Shown: one piece after another, positions 52,401 through 62,072 of the stretch
Layout: each line of letters starts with the position of its first letter
Position numbering within the stretch: position 1 is the first letter of the stretch
NCBI RefSeq assembly: GCF_001194135.2
Contig: NC_069004.1
Span: 19,263,393-19,327,392 of the forward strand
Direction of reading: 5' to 3'
DNA: 64,000 nt
DNA from: Octopus bimaculoides
Taxonomy: Eukaryota
Notes under the pieces: generated by a model
Database searches by the model: none
The model's input: the letters and a program-made list of their open reading frames with translations, nothing else
What the model was told of the DNA's origin: nothing
Translations under genes and position numbers: made by a program

Positions 52401-54919
52401 AAAATTGCAGGCCTTGTGCCTATAGCAGAAAGGATTATTTTGAAACTTTGCACTTCTTGTAATTATTTTGGTTCTTTACTTAAATAGTTATGGTTTGTAC
52501 AAAATTTGAAATATACAATGGAAGCAGATCTGTAATGAAAAAAACTATGCTTCTTCCTTAAAGGAAGAAGCATGGAGTTTTTTTCATTACAGATCGAAGC
52601 CCAGAGTTTCCCCTAGGGAGTCGTCACACTTGGCCTCTACCGACCCTCTACAGACTGACGAGGTGGAACCCCCACCGCTAGCTGATCTGATGTTTTGGAA
52701 GTGATAAAAATATACTGCAAAGCTGCAAAAACAGAGAAATACATATCTGTCAATCTCACAGTCACTTCTGATGTGATCTTGTTTTGCCTAACCCTGAAGT
52801 ATCTTTTATTCGTTTCAGTCATTAGACTATAGCCATGCTGGGGCACCAACTTCAAAGTGATTTTTTTTCTCAAGATTATTCCACACATCTTCAAAAGAGC
52901 AGAACTAGGAGGCAGTTCACTGGCACGGAATTTTAAAAAAAGTTCAGTTTGTCACTCAGCATTGTTTTGATAGGTGCGTCAACACACACACACACACGCT
53001 TTCTACAGTTTCCAACTAACAAATATGTTTACCAGGCACTGACCAGCCTGGGGCTACAATAAAAGACACTCAACCCAAAGTGCCATGCGATGGGACTGAA
53101 CTGGAGACCATGTGATTAAGAAGCAGATTCTCGGCCACACATGTGTGTTTATACTTGTCTCATAACTTAGCAATTTTATAAAGAGGCTATAGAAGCTGTA
53201 CTCTCCTCAAAAATAAGTAATGGGTTTGTATGATCATCTAAACCCTTGAAGTCCTTGCCCAACAAGACGATTCCCCAATAACAGAAACCAGTGAAAATAA
53301 TCAACCTATCCCTCCCCTGAAATTGCTGGTCTTGTGCCAAAATTTGAAAGCACCATTATTATCATTACTACTACTGAGTGAGAGAGCAGTGTATGTCATC
53401 AAAGTGACACTGGGGTAAAATATACAAAGCCCAGTATACCCATCATGACTACCCAACTGATAAGGGTACACATGCATCACAACCACATGTGCATGACATG
53501 GTGATCTCATTTCAAGATAAACAGTACATGACCTTGCAGGTGGAGCTCAATTAAAATTTTCTTCAACTGGAGTAGCCCATCTTGTTCAAAAGGTCCCTGA
53601 ATAAGGGTTAAGGATGTCAAACAAAACACCAATGTTTCCAGAAGTGTATTACCCAAAACCCAAAGAATTCCATTCAATACATAGCTATGATGCTCCACCA
53701 CTACATCTGCTCATGATCAGAGATGCACATATCATCAAACACCAAGGAACATGCTCAACTGGTTATGGTCAAACAACTGACAAACAAACCAGTGGTATTG
53801 AGCAGAATATTTGCTGCAGACCATCTCTTTTATACCAAGGCAAAACAATGTACATGATAACACTTCCAATCAGCTCAGATCAGAAGCCATGAGAGCCACT
53901 GCCTGATTATTATCATCTTAAAGCAGTGAGATGGCAGAATTGTATGTAGGGCAAAATGCTTAGTGGCATTTTGTCTGTTCAAATGCCACCGGAGTCAACT
54001 TAGCCTTTCATCCTTTGGGATCAATAAATTTGAGCCAAAATTTGAAACCACCACCATTATTATTATTATTATTATTATTATTAAGGTGGTGAGCTAGAAG
54101 AGTCGTTAGCATGCCAGGCAACATGCTTAGCGGCATTTCGTCCATCCTTACATTCTGAGTTAAAATTCTGCCAGAGTCGACTTTGCCTTTCATCCTTTTG
54201 GGGTCGATAAAATAAATACTAGTTACACACTGGGTTAAATGTAATTGACTTTCTCCCTCCCTCAAAATTTCAGGCCTTGTGCCTAAATGTTTTTGCAAGT
54301 CATTTTCAGGTCTTAGTCTATCAACAAAAAGATCTTTAACTCTGAAACATTTGATAACAACAAACATTTGATAACAACAAACATTTGATAACAACAAACT
54401 TCACATAGTCATCTTTCGAAACATGTCTGGTTTAGATATTTACTTTATCAACATCATCATTCTTTAACATCCGTTTTCCATGCTGACAAGGTTTGACCAG
54501 AACTAGCAAGCAAGAGTGCTTCACCAGGCTTCAGTCCGATTTGGCTTGGATTCTACGACTGGATGCCCTTCTTTACACCAACCACTTATCAGTGTGTGCT
54601 GGGTGCTTTTAACATGGCACTGGTACTTAACTTCATTTGGAAACATGTCTTTACCAGGATAGGATGCATTCGTGTGAGATTACAGGTATACTCTTCTATT
54701 AAAGGATTTGTAAAAAGCGATTTATTTCGACCCTGTTCATGTGCAACTGAAGTATTTTCTTTGAATAGATTTAATAAAAAAAAAGAAAGAAAAAGCAGTA
54801 ATGTCATTCATTATAAAAACAAATCAGCTTCTCGTGAAAATAAACAACTCAATTTGTATACATACCTGATAGGTCGTTCAATACGTGGTGGGTGTTGTGC
54901 GCCATAAACTGGCTTGATA
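8778..54919 (-). CDS. TBC1D22: TBC1 domain family member 22 (Gyp1-like RabGAP), multi-exon gene, 5'-partial (exon 1 not in window)
   Basis: Hand-spliced exons 54866-54919, 42191-42435, 39486-39677, 37135-37205, 34288-34416, [29487-29552 or 25472-25537], 15885-16005, 12755-12937, 11025-11152, 10178-10273, 8778-8912. All are GT-AG with matching phases; 1420 nt total for one path. The translation contains family motifs [21 protein letters not shown], Ixx[73 protein letters not shown]. Confidence 0.97.
9220..9620 (+). mobile_element. tRNA-like-head SINE family 1 (internal (TA)n/(TG)n), full-length copy
   Basis: Head ggctgtgtggtaagtagcttgcttaccaaccacatggttc...ggcatcttgggcaagtgtc, tail gactgaaacaagtaaaagag. 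Other copies: 4237-4450+, 36226-36546-, 49118-49640+, 56950-57340+, 57675-57870+, 58110-58330+, 59905-60370+, and fragments at 1160-1395, 13150-13260, 28800-28900, 40590-40750, 52990-53140. Confidence 0.85.
10178..10273 (-). CDS. TBC1D22: TBC1D22 exon: [32 protein letters not shown]
   Basis: Acceptor aattcctag, donor cag|gtttgt, 96 nt, phase 0 to 0. Confidence 0.95.
11025..11152 (-). CDS. TBC1D22: TBC1D22 exon: [43 protein letters not shown]
   Basis: Acceptor gcctttcag, donor cag|gtaagc, 128 nt, phase 1 to 0. Confidence 0.97.
11585..12028 (+). mobile_element. Mariner transposase 3' fragment with right TIR
   Basis: ORF 11619-11948 HQDNACPH...[16 protein letters not shown]; ends in ttatgggatgaccccaata then (TA)n, similar to the TIR of the 40868-42067 element. 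Confidence 0.9.
12755..12937 (-). CDS. TBC1D22: TBC1D22 exon: [61 protein letters not shown]
   Basis: Acceptor cttcctcag, donor atg|gtaagt, 183 nt, phase 1 to 1. Confidence 0.97.
13326..13698. mobile_element. MITE-like foldback element with about 84-bp inverted arms
   Basis: 13326-13410 is the reverse complement of 13615-13698 with few mismatches. Confidence 0.7.
14757..15335 (+). mobile_element. RTE-clade LINE reverse transcriptase fragment
   Basis: [15 protein letters not shown]...[12 protein letters not shown]...[13 protein letters not shown]...(L)YADDL...KTKVL...[11 protein letters not shown], frameshifted. Confidence 0.92.
15601..15817. mobile_element. piggyBac-like MITE
   Basis: TTAA on both flanks (15597-15600, 15818-15821) and perfect 11-bp TIRs ccctttagcat/atgctaaaggg; related copies near 24785-24960 and 50360-50570. 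Confidence 0.8.
15885..16005 (-). CDS. TBC1D22: TBC1D22 exon with glutamine finger: [40 protein letters not shown]
   Basis: Acceptor cattcttttag, donor atg|gtatgt, 121 nt, phase 0 to 1; YxQ motif. Confidence 0.97.
18795..19140 (-). mobile_element. RTE-clade LINE 3' remnant
   Basis: Degenerate GRPxKTW-type C-terminal region followed by a gatgatgat tail; a similar relic lies at about 46720-47200. Confidence 0.55.
21020..23205 (-). mobile_element. Cluster of SINE family 2 copies (about 6, partly nested)
   Basis: Repeated ggcacaagg...aaggatgaaaggcaaagtcgacc...gaatttgaactcagaa...ttctgccagctc units at about 21020-21480 and 22250-23205. Confidence 0.85.
25472..25537 (-). CDS. TBC1D22: TBC1D22 arginine-finger exon, variant B (putative mutually exclusive): [22 protein letters not shown]
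   Basis: Acceptor ctgtttttgcag, donor gaa|gtgagt, 66 nt, phase 0 to 0, open frame; shares I..DIPRM....LFQ...VQE with variant A despite many synonymous differences. Confidence 0.85.
28095..28265 (-). mobile_element. RTE-tail-related short interspersed repeat ((gat)n tail)
   Basis: catcatcgtttaacgtccgctttccatgctagcatgggttggacg...ggatgcccttcctaacgccaacc; other copies at 23690-24000, 26735-26950, 27780-28020, 30703-30855, 35228-35420, 36780-37010, 54450-54620 and, inverted, 44240-44480. Confidence 0.75.
28940..29039. repeat. 100-bp near-perfect palindrome (74-bp unique core flanked by (TA)n)
   Basis: Centre gccatcaaa|tttgatggc at 28989/28990; only 3 non-Watson-Crick positions. Confidence 0.9.
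29487..29552 (-). CDS. TBC1D22: TBC1D22 arginine-finger exon, variant A: [22 protein letters not shown]
   Basis: Acceptor cctgattttag, donor gaa|gtaagt, 66 nt, phase 0 to 0; canonical family sequence. Confidence 0.95.
29755..30700 (-). mobile_element. Head-to-tail array of 4 SINE family 2 copies plus a fragment, separated by (taa)n tails
   Basis: Units of about 210-220 bp at about 29755, 30015, 30232 and 30450; begins about 200 nt upstream of exon A on the transcript. Confidence 0.85.
31730..33730 (-). mobile_element. Further SINE family 2 cluster (about 6 copies) plus a distinct interspersed repeat at 31915-32400
   Basis: Same consensus as above; 31915-32400 is the reverse complement of the repeat at 53380-53900. 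Confidence 0.8.
34288..34416 (-). CDS. TBC1D22: TBC1D22 exon: [43 protein letters not shown]
   Basis: Acceptor cttcttcag, donor cag|gtcagt, 129 nt, phase 0 to 0. Confidence 0.96.
34615..35050 (-). mobile_element. hAT (Charlie/Buster-like) non-autonomous element with transposase C-terminal dimerisation relic
   Basis: cagtgtttcccaac terminus; ORF 34784-34981 [11 protein letters not shown]...[13 protein letters not shown]...[17 protein letters not shown] related copy lies at 4484-5010. Confidence 0.75.
37135..37205 (-). CDS. TBC1D22: TBC1D22 exon: [24 protein letters not shown]
   Basis: Acceptor ttattcag, donor tct|gtaagt, 71 nt, phase 1 to 0; start of the TBC domain. Confidence 0.96.
37759..38450 (-). 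mobile_element. Tc1-like (DD34E) transposon 3' half
   Basis: [13 protein letters not shown]...[10 protein letters not shown]...[15 protein letters not shown]; terminal cagggcttggacaaaataatggaaacacc next to TA at 37757-37758. Confidence 0.9.
39097..39327 (+). mobile_element. SINE family 2, young subtype with (aagaaat)-type tail and 13-bp TSD
   Basis: ggcgagctggcaaaaacgttagc...gagttcaaattccgctgaggtcgac...aaagaaataagaa; TSD aagaaagaccaga at 39084-39096 and 39323-39335. Confidence 0.85.
39486..39677 (-). CDS. TBC1D22: TBC1D22 exon: (G)[11 protein letters not shown]...[23 protein letters not shown]
   Basis: Acceptor ttcccacag, donor tag|gtgaga, 192 nt, phase 1 to 1; the C-terminal part matches the RExxRLxKFxxLL..DL lead-in to the TBC domain. 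Confidence 0.92.
39945..40140. repeat. Degenerate minisatellite, about 28-bp unit (tgttgactgcaaagctgactgtggtacc), about 7-8 units
   Basis: Recurring gttgac/gtcgac/gttaac and ggtacc/cagtac cores. Confidence 0.75.
40135..40560 (-). mobile_element. Mariner transposase N-terminal (HTH) fragment, degraded
   Basis: [33 protein letters not shown]...[11 protein letters not shown], with frameshifts; truncated at a minisatellite. Confidence 0.85.
40868..42067 (-). mobile_element. Near-full-length mariner (DD34D) transposon, inactivated, intronic
   Basis: 27-bp TIRs tcaggtcattccataagttctgtccga / tcagacagaacttatgggatgacctga (25/27 match), TA on both flanks, 1200 bp. Transposase relic with HTH ([16 protein letters not shown]), KWVPYEL, TCDEKW and [13 protein letters not shown]. 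Frameshift near 41730, in-frame TAG near 41070; the second catalytic D falls in the N-gap. Confidence 0.93.
42191..42435 (-). CDS. TBC1D22: TBC1D22 exon: [81 protein letters not shown]
   Basis: Acceptor cctaatttag, donor cag|gttggt, 245 nt, phase 2 to 1; FQxFExxTSDAWD motif. Confidence 0.92.
43263..43830 (+). mobile_element. tRNA-derived SINE family 3 with (caa)n tail
   Basis: A-box/B-box-like head ggcccagtggttagggcagcggactcgcgg...ggtttcgatttccagacc; tail gttccgttgatcggatcaactggaaccctc...gtgccaacaacaac. Related copies at 237-560+, 12547-12620+ (tail only), 18400-18650- and 62900-63060+. Confidence 0.8.
45160..45610. repeat. Diverged tandem duplication, about 175-bp homologous blocks, period about 273 bp
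   Basis: gatgctatgat..tttagta.atcattgtggctaatg...ctgggactggt.tactacatgaagcataaaac.tcaatcttcagcatttgtagg occurs at about 45165 and 45438. Confidence 0.85.
46150..46510. mobile_element. hAT-type MITE
   Basis: cagtagttctgac ... gttgagaaccactg termini; similar termini at 63297-63543, 14131 and about 58460. Confidence 0.55.
49630..49910 (-). mobile_element. RTE-clade LINE fragment, degraded
   Basis: Reverse strand reads roughly [18 protein letters not shown]...ETW...RLERNEA. Confidence 0.7.
51049..51287 (+). mobile_element. Small Penelope-like/retrozyme-like insertion with inverted repeat, hammerhead motif and 15-bp TSD
   Basis: Direct repeat aacaggtatggtgag at 51034-51048 and 51288-51302; internal inverted arms about 51078-51132 and 51197-51248. 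Confidence 0.75.
51168..51213 (+). ncRNA. Minimal type I hammerhead ribozyme motif
   Basis: GAUAC-CUGAUGA-A-GGCUG(gagggtatat)CAGCC-GAAA-CGUU-GUGUU: intact core, 5-bp helix II, 5-bp helix I with two GU pairs, palindromic ACGU helix III, GUU cleavage triplet. Confidence 0.7.
52527..52594. repeat. 68-bp near-perfect palindrome
   Basis: gatctgtaatg..atgcttcttcctt-a-aaggaagaagcat..cattacagatc. Confidence 0.85.
53380..53900 (+). repeat. Unclassified interspersed repeat (inverted homolog of 31915-32400)
   Basis: Shared blocks: aaagtgacactg, cccatcatgactac, tgataagggtaca, ttgcaggtgg, aaaaggtccctgaataag, gatcagagatgcac. Confidence 0.7.
54345..54399. repeat. Perfect 17-bp tandem repeat x3.2 (aaacatttgataacaac)
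   Basis: Read directly from the sequence. Confidence 0.95.
54866..54919 (-). CDS. TBC1D22: TBC1D22 coding exon (probable exon 2): (S)[17 protein letters not shown](S)
   Basis: Acceptor cgcttttttag, donor ag|gtatgt, 54 nt, phase 2 to 2; matches the family N-terminal [11 protein letters not shown] motif. Confidence 0.9.
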
Positions 54920-55729
54920 CTAAAAAAGCGAAAGAAGGAAAAATTTCAGTAATTCATAACTCAGTGTTCAGCAATAAAACCCATTTAACAATTTCACAAT
55001 AAAAATTTTCAAACTATATTTATTATTTACATTTACATGACCAATGTGTTTGTTTTGTAACGATAAGAAAGAGATATAAGGTGTTAGTAAAGAAGCCTGG
55101 GTGGTATTAGAGCAGGAAAACAAGGTTGAAAGTCAGGTAAGGTTTCAAAGCTTAATTGGATTCTTGGTCCTGTATTTTGAAGATGTTGTTCCGATAACCA
55201 ACAGCTGTGAAGCTGCGGTTTAATAAAAGCGTTTGATTACTTCAGCCTTTCCAAGTGATAGCACCCCTAAAATAATACACTTTAATCTGTATCATCTTGA
55301 TTTAGCATAAAAGGGTGAGGTGGGTTATTTTTAAGACAATGGTTTAATACCTGTAGTAGAAAAAATAAAATAAAATTGCTGTCCATCAGCTAGGAATTTG
55401 CTAGGCTTTTCAATTTCCAAATAACAATGATTTTCGAAATTGTGATCAAGAGTTAGCTTTGCTATGCAGGAGAATGATAAACCAAGAGGCTGTCATGCCT
55501 TTCTGAAAGGCATCAGAGAAAGAAAGAAATAGATGCACAAAATAAGGTCATAAACTGGCTTTCAAAAGACGGATGACTGTTTTGAATGTCAAAAGTTTAA
55601 AGCAAATGAAATTTAGTAAATCGTCCAGAAATTAAACTGGGTAAAATAAAGTAACATATATGTCAATGCCAAAACCCATGGGAAGGAAACTTTGATTTCA
55701 ATGAGGTGAAAATATGATTAAATATATTT

Positions 55730-56425
55730 ACATATATCAAGAATTTGTTTGTGGAAGATGTGAGCAAGGAGCTGGAGAGCTGATGGAACCAGTGAAAATG
55801 CTATGTGATGAGGTGGAAACAGTAAGAGGGTTTTGTTATTTGAGAGATAGGGTAGGTGTAAATGACGGATGTGAAGCAGATGTGACAGCAAGAGCGAGAC
55901 TTGGCTGGGTGAAGTTCAGGGAATGTGGAGTGTTTTTATAGAGGGAAAAGATTCTCATTAAAGATGAAAGGAAGGGTCAATAAGAGTTGTTTGAGAGCTG
56001 CAAGGCTGAATGGGAGTGAGACATGGTGTCAGAGGGAGAGAGAGATGGTAATCTTGAAAAAGACAGAGAGCAATGGTGAGAGAAATGTGTGGGATGAAGC
56101 TGTTTGATAAGAGGAGGACTGAGGACTTGATGGGGATGCTGGGGTTGGAGGAATTGGTGGAATGGTTGGTAAGGGCAAATGGAGTGATGTGTTATGGGCA
56201 TGTGCTGAGGAGGGATGAAGAGCATGTTCTGAGGAGGGTGATTGTGCTTGAGGTAAATGGAGCAAGAAAGTGAGGTAGACCAAGGAAAAGGACAAGATTG
56301 GGAGGGTTGGTTTGAAAAAGAAGACACTCAAAACCGGGTTGCTACAGCATGGATGTAGATCCGGCCACGCCTGTTAACGGGGACAAAACCCAGATTTAAA
56401 ACAATGGATAATGATGATGATGAAA
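55730..56425 (+). mobile_element. RTE-clade LINE 3' fragment with (gat)n tail
   Basis: ETVRGFCYLRDRVG..GCEADVTARARLGWVKFRE...NGSETW; ends ...gataatgatgatgatg. Confidence 0.88.
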
Positions 56426-57829
56426 TTTAATTTAATAGACCCACGTGTTGTGTGTTGCTTGAAATAACTTTCAAAGATATTCATACAATATTGGCGCCAA
56501 TAGGTATTCTAAATAGAATACAAATTTGACAAAATATGTATCAAATCATCACCATCATCATCATCCAGATGAGTGGCTGATAAAGAGCAATGCAACTCAT
56601 CCAGGACAGATGTCCCAATCAGTATGATGCAGCATGAATATCTAGCCAGGCTTTTAGTCACATTGGTCTTTCACTAGCTGAAACACCTGCACATTCCATG
56701 ACTACAGATAATAGCAGTAGTTTGCTAACTAAACTGGTTGATCCTGGCCATTGTCAGCATCTGGTGATATTCACCATTGATTCAATGAATTCATTTGCCA
56801 AAATAGTTGTACCAGAGACACATTATAATCATTGTAGTTTCAATGAGGATTAAGATTGTTATAGAAATTACTTTATAAAGGAGGCTTTGGTCAGTCAAAT
56901 GAAACACAGTGGGCTGATGCTAGTTTAGTTGAATTTTTCCTCTCAGTGGGCATGGCTGTGTGGTAAGAAGTTTGCTTCCCAACCACATAGTTTTGGGTTC
57001 ACTCCCACTACGTGGCACCTTGAGCAAGTGTCTTCTATTATAGCCTCAGACCAACCAAAACATTATGAGCAGATTTGGTAGACAGAAACTGAAAGAAGCC
57101 CATCAGATATAAATGTGTGTGCGTGTGTCTTTGTGTCTGTCCCCCACCACTGCTTGACAACCAGTGTTGGTGTGTTTACATCCCCGTAACTTAGCAGTTC
57201 AGCAAAGAGACCAATGGAATAAGTACCAGGCTTAAAAAGAAAACAAGTACTGGGGCTGATTAGTTCAACTAAAATTCCTCGAGGTGGTGCCCCAGCATGG
57301 CCAGTCTGATGACTGAAACAAGGAAAAGACAAAAGATATCCCACTGTACTGGTTTAGACGAGTGCTGATGTTGTATGGTATATATGCTGCAAGTAGATTT
57401 TTCTGCAAACAGAAGTTATGATAATTAAAATTTCCAATTAGAGTCGATTATTTTTCAATACCACATAGAAAATAAAGAATTTAGGCAGAGAAGGATTATC
57501 AAGCAGATTTTACAAGCTACACCTTCTCCAGCAACTTGAAATTATCACAATCTCATTTAACAGCTTTCACTTTGATGGTGATGATCAGTGCTTCTCAACA
57601 GGGGTTCATACAAGATTTTGTAATTAAAATTCATGTGCAATAAATTGGTTATACTTCTACAATGCCCAAAACAGGCATGGCTGTATGTTAAGAAGTTTGT
57701 TTCCCAACCACGTAGCTCCAGGTTCCAGTCCCACTGCATGGTACCTCAGGCAAGTGTCTTCTACAATAGCCTCACGCTGACCAAAGCCTTGTGAGTGGAT
57801 TTGGTAAACAGAAACTGAAAGAAGCCCAT

Positions 57830-57875
<46 letters not shown>

Positions 57876-60057
57876 AACTACTAACAACACACCATAACAA
57901 CAACATCCTCTAGCTTGCAGTGAAATGTTAATCTTATAACTTTGAAGTCTATTACGTCACCTGATGAGGCTCCTTTGCACTGTGAGATGCATCTGATGCA
58001 ATTATATCATTCCCCACTCACTCGGGAGTAGTGCAGTAGGCAGCCAAAACAATCGTTGTGCTAAATAAAGCTTCCAGTTACACTCTGTCTTCTGTATCAG
58101 TCATTTAGAATATATATGTGTGTGTGTGTATGTGTGTGTGTGTTTGTCCCCCACCACAGTTTGACAACTGGTGTTGGTGTGTTTACATCCCTGTAACTGA
58201 GCAGTTCAGCAAAAAGAGACTAATAGCATAAGTACTAGCTTTAAAAAAAAGTCCTGGGGTCAATTTGACTAAAACCCTTCAAGTTAGCGTTCCAGCATGG
58301 CTGCAGTCAAATGACTGAAATAAGTAAATTATAAAAAAATGAGACAATTCCTAAAAACATCTAATTATAAAAATATAAGATTCTTTAAAACATTGACTGG
58401 CTATGGAGGTCCACAGGAGTAAAATGGGAATCAAAAGGGGTCCAAATGTTTGAGAATCACTGATGATAATGGTTGTCATCAGTGTCGTCATCACTCCTAC
58501 CTAACACAGGCAAAAGGCCATAAATTTGGGAGTAGAGAAACAATTAAATTTGACCTCAAATACTTATTTTAGTGAGCAAAGATGGATAATAGGCAAAGTC
58601 AATCTCAGCGAGGTTTGAACTTGGAATAAAAAGCACCAAAATAAATACTACAAAGCATGTTGCTTGATGTTCGTGACAACAATTTCTCAATTAGGCACAA
58701 GACCTCAATTCTTGGAGAAGATTGTTGATGATACTAACCCATACTAATTGAAAGGTACTTATTTTACCAACCCCAAAAAGATGAAAGACAAAGTCAACAT
58801 AGTCACGCACCTTAACTTTTACTTGACTAACATTTCATCCAGATGAATGAAAGGTGAAGCTGACCTCAGCAGGATTTGAACTCAGAATGTAAAAGCATGC
58901 GAGTAAATAATACAAGCTTTTTATCCACAGCTCTACCAATTCTGCTAATCCACCAAGAATAACACAGGCATAATGTGAGAAATTCAGTAAAGGAGGTGGG
59001 GTAGTCAATCACATTACCTCTACTAACATTAGTAAGTTGTTCCAGAGACACAAGGCCAGAATCTGGGAGGGAGGGGCAGTTGATCATATCTGCACTAGTA
59101 CTTGACTGTTAATTTTTACATGTCACCAACACTCGCCAGGCCCACAATTTCAAGTAGTTTGAGGCTATGTAGTTAGTATTTAAATGTTTTGTGGCTACTA
59201 CTAACAATATACACATACATAGTCAATACTTTAATGTATTTCAACACTATTAACTTTTCGTAAATATGTGATCAGTATTTGAATATATTTTGAGTACTTC
59301 TATTATTCGCCAATATCTGAAAAAAAAAAATTCTTGTTATATATATCTATGAACATCAACATATTTTTCTACATGTGTAGTTGGTAGTTCAATGTATTTT
59401 GCACAGTTATTATAAGCACCAATATCTGAAAATAAATTGTGTTGCTGACAACATTTGAGTATGAACCTGTTTCTGTTGCCTTTCATTTAATGGTTAACTG
59501 ATTTTATTTCTTGTACAACCTGTTGCTTCATTATTATATATATCTCAATAACTTGTGGCAAAAAAAGAAAAGGGAAAATTTTAAAACAAAATTTTAAAAA
59601 AGCAAGAAGAAATTCTATTTTGGTAAGCTGTCACTGATAAAAGAAACTTCAGTTTCTCAGCTTGTAGTAGCTTCTGAGAGACTATGGTGGTTTACAAGTC
59701 AACCAACCAAACTGATAAAAACAGACATTTTCTTATTTTTTATAGTTGTCTTTTTTTTATAGTAGTAGTTTTTTTTTTTTGGTTCAACAGAAATGTGATC
59801 AAAAGCATCCCACTGAGAACCGCTGTCATCTGGTGCATCTAGGATTACATTATCCAATGTGCTCTCCCCAACTTTTATATTTTATCTTATGTTATTTTAC
59901 ACATATGGTTGTGTGATTAAGAAGCTCACTTTGTAATCATGTGGTTTTGGGTTCCAACCCACTGCAATGTACCTTGGGCAAGTGTCTGTTACTATAGCCC
60001 CAGGTCAACCACAGCCTTGTAAGTGGATTTAGTAGATAGAAACTGTGGGTAAGCCCG

Positions 60058-60109
<52 letters not shown>

Positions 60110-60142
60110 NNNNNNNNNNGTGTGTGTGTGTATATATATATA

Positions 60143-60176
<34 letters not shown>

Positions 60177-61231
60177 CTCCCACTGCTTGACAAGTGGTGT
60201 CAATTTGTTTACATTCCAGTAACTTAGAAGTTTCAACAAAAGAAATTGACAGAATAAGTACCAGATTTAAAGCATAAGAACAAGTGTTGATTTGTTCAAC
60301 TAAACCCTTCAAAGTGGTGCCCCAGCATGGCTGCAGAGCAATGACTGAAACAAGTGAAAGATAAGAGACAAGACAGTGAGATTTGAGAGAAATTTGACTG
60401 CTATTTCTAACAGACTGAATAATTATGTACATCTTTTTTTTTTTTTTTTAGAACATGGTTTTAATTTTAGTAGGTAAATGTGCTAGCTTGAGGAACACAT
60501 GATAGCACTACAATATAACAATAGTGATATTATGTTAATGATTATATATAGAGATACCACATATTTAATGATGTAGAAGGACATTTAAAACACAGAAATT
60601 TGCCATAACATGCCCCCTACACACAAGCACATCTTACAAGCACAAAGCGACATACACACATCAACTGTCGACCTCTAATCACAACCTCATCTATCGTTCA
60701 TATCAGTAGCGTTTTTCACCATTCTAAGTGTGACCATTTAACACTGCTGGGTGGAGATTTTCTAAAAATAAATTCCTGTAAAAAGATGTCAGTAAAACCA
60801 GTCACAAACACTGGATGTGAACATCATTTTGAAGTCGTATTTTCAACACAGAACCAGAAACCAAGAAATCAGCCCAAACTTTGGTAACATGCAATATGAA
60901 ACTCCACAACTATTCAGTGTGTGTGTTTGTACACGGATGTGAAATATTACCTACTTTTCATGAACTACAGGGGCTCATGAAACTTAAGGTTCGATCAAGA
61001 TTAAGGAAGGAAGAGAAAATAATAAGTTTCTCTTCCCTTCTATATATATCTATGTCTGTCGAGCTGTCAATCAATTCATCCATCCATCCACCCAACCACT
61101 CAATTATTTATTTATCTGGCAATAATCAACTGAGGGGAAAATTCTCAAAATCTGATATCTTTTCCCAAGTCAAGTGTTTTTGTGTGTGAGTGTGTGCATG
61201 TGAGAGAGAGAGAACAAGCATGTGTGAATGT

Positions 61232-61267
<36 letters not shown>

Positions 61268-62039
61268 AAGAGAGAACAAGCATGTGTGAATGTGTGAGCG
61301 AGAGAGAGAAAGAGAACATATATGAATGTGTGTGTGTGTAAGTCAACATGTGTGTGTTTGAAACAAAAACAATAAACCTTCATCACAAAAATTCTATAGA
61401 TTTTTAATGGGTTTTCTTTTACAAATTCATTGCTATTTTTAATTCACAAATAATTCATTGCTATTCTCTGAACAGTTTAGCAGGAACAACTTGTACCATA
61501 ACTAAAACACCCACACAATACATGTAATGTTAATGGCATGCAGGAATTCTGTTGAACAGCCTAGAAATATCACTGCAAATATCTTTATATCTACAGGGTA
61601 TAGTCTTAAGTTTTCAAAACAAAGTGGACTTCAGTTTTCAATCCATATTGAGCATTACACACAGAAACACAATGCCTTGACAATGAAATTTAGTGGATGG
61701 AAACCTATAAAGAAAGTCATCCTATATATGTCTGCGTGCATGCTTGTGTATATGTGTGTGCGTGTGTATAAGTGTATCCATTCATGTCTACTCATGTAAG
61801 GCAATATTTATTCGTTCGTGTCAAACAAAACAAATTGCTGATTCAATAAACACTGACCTACAAAACTATGCATCAGACTGAAATAAGTATTGAGGGAGGA
61901 AAGAACCTCCTTGGAAAGGCAGTGCACCAGGGTGGTCCCAGTCAAATGACTGGGACCAACAAAAGAATAACAGAATAATATAAATACACACACACACAAA
62001 TACATATCTACACATACATACATACATACATACATACAT

Positions 62040-62072
<33 letters not shown>

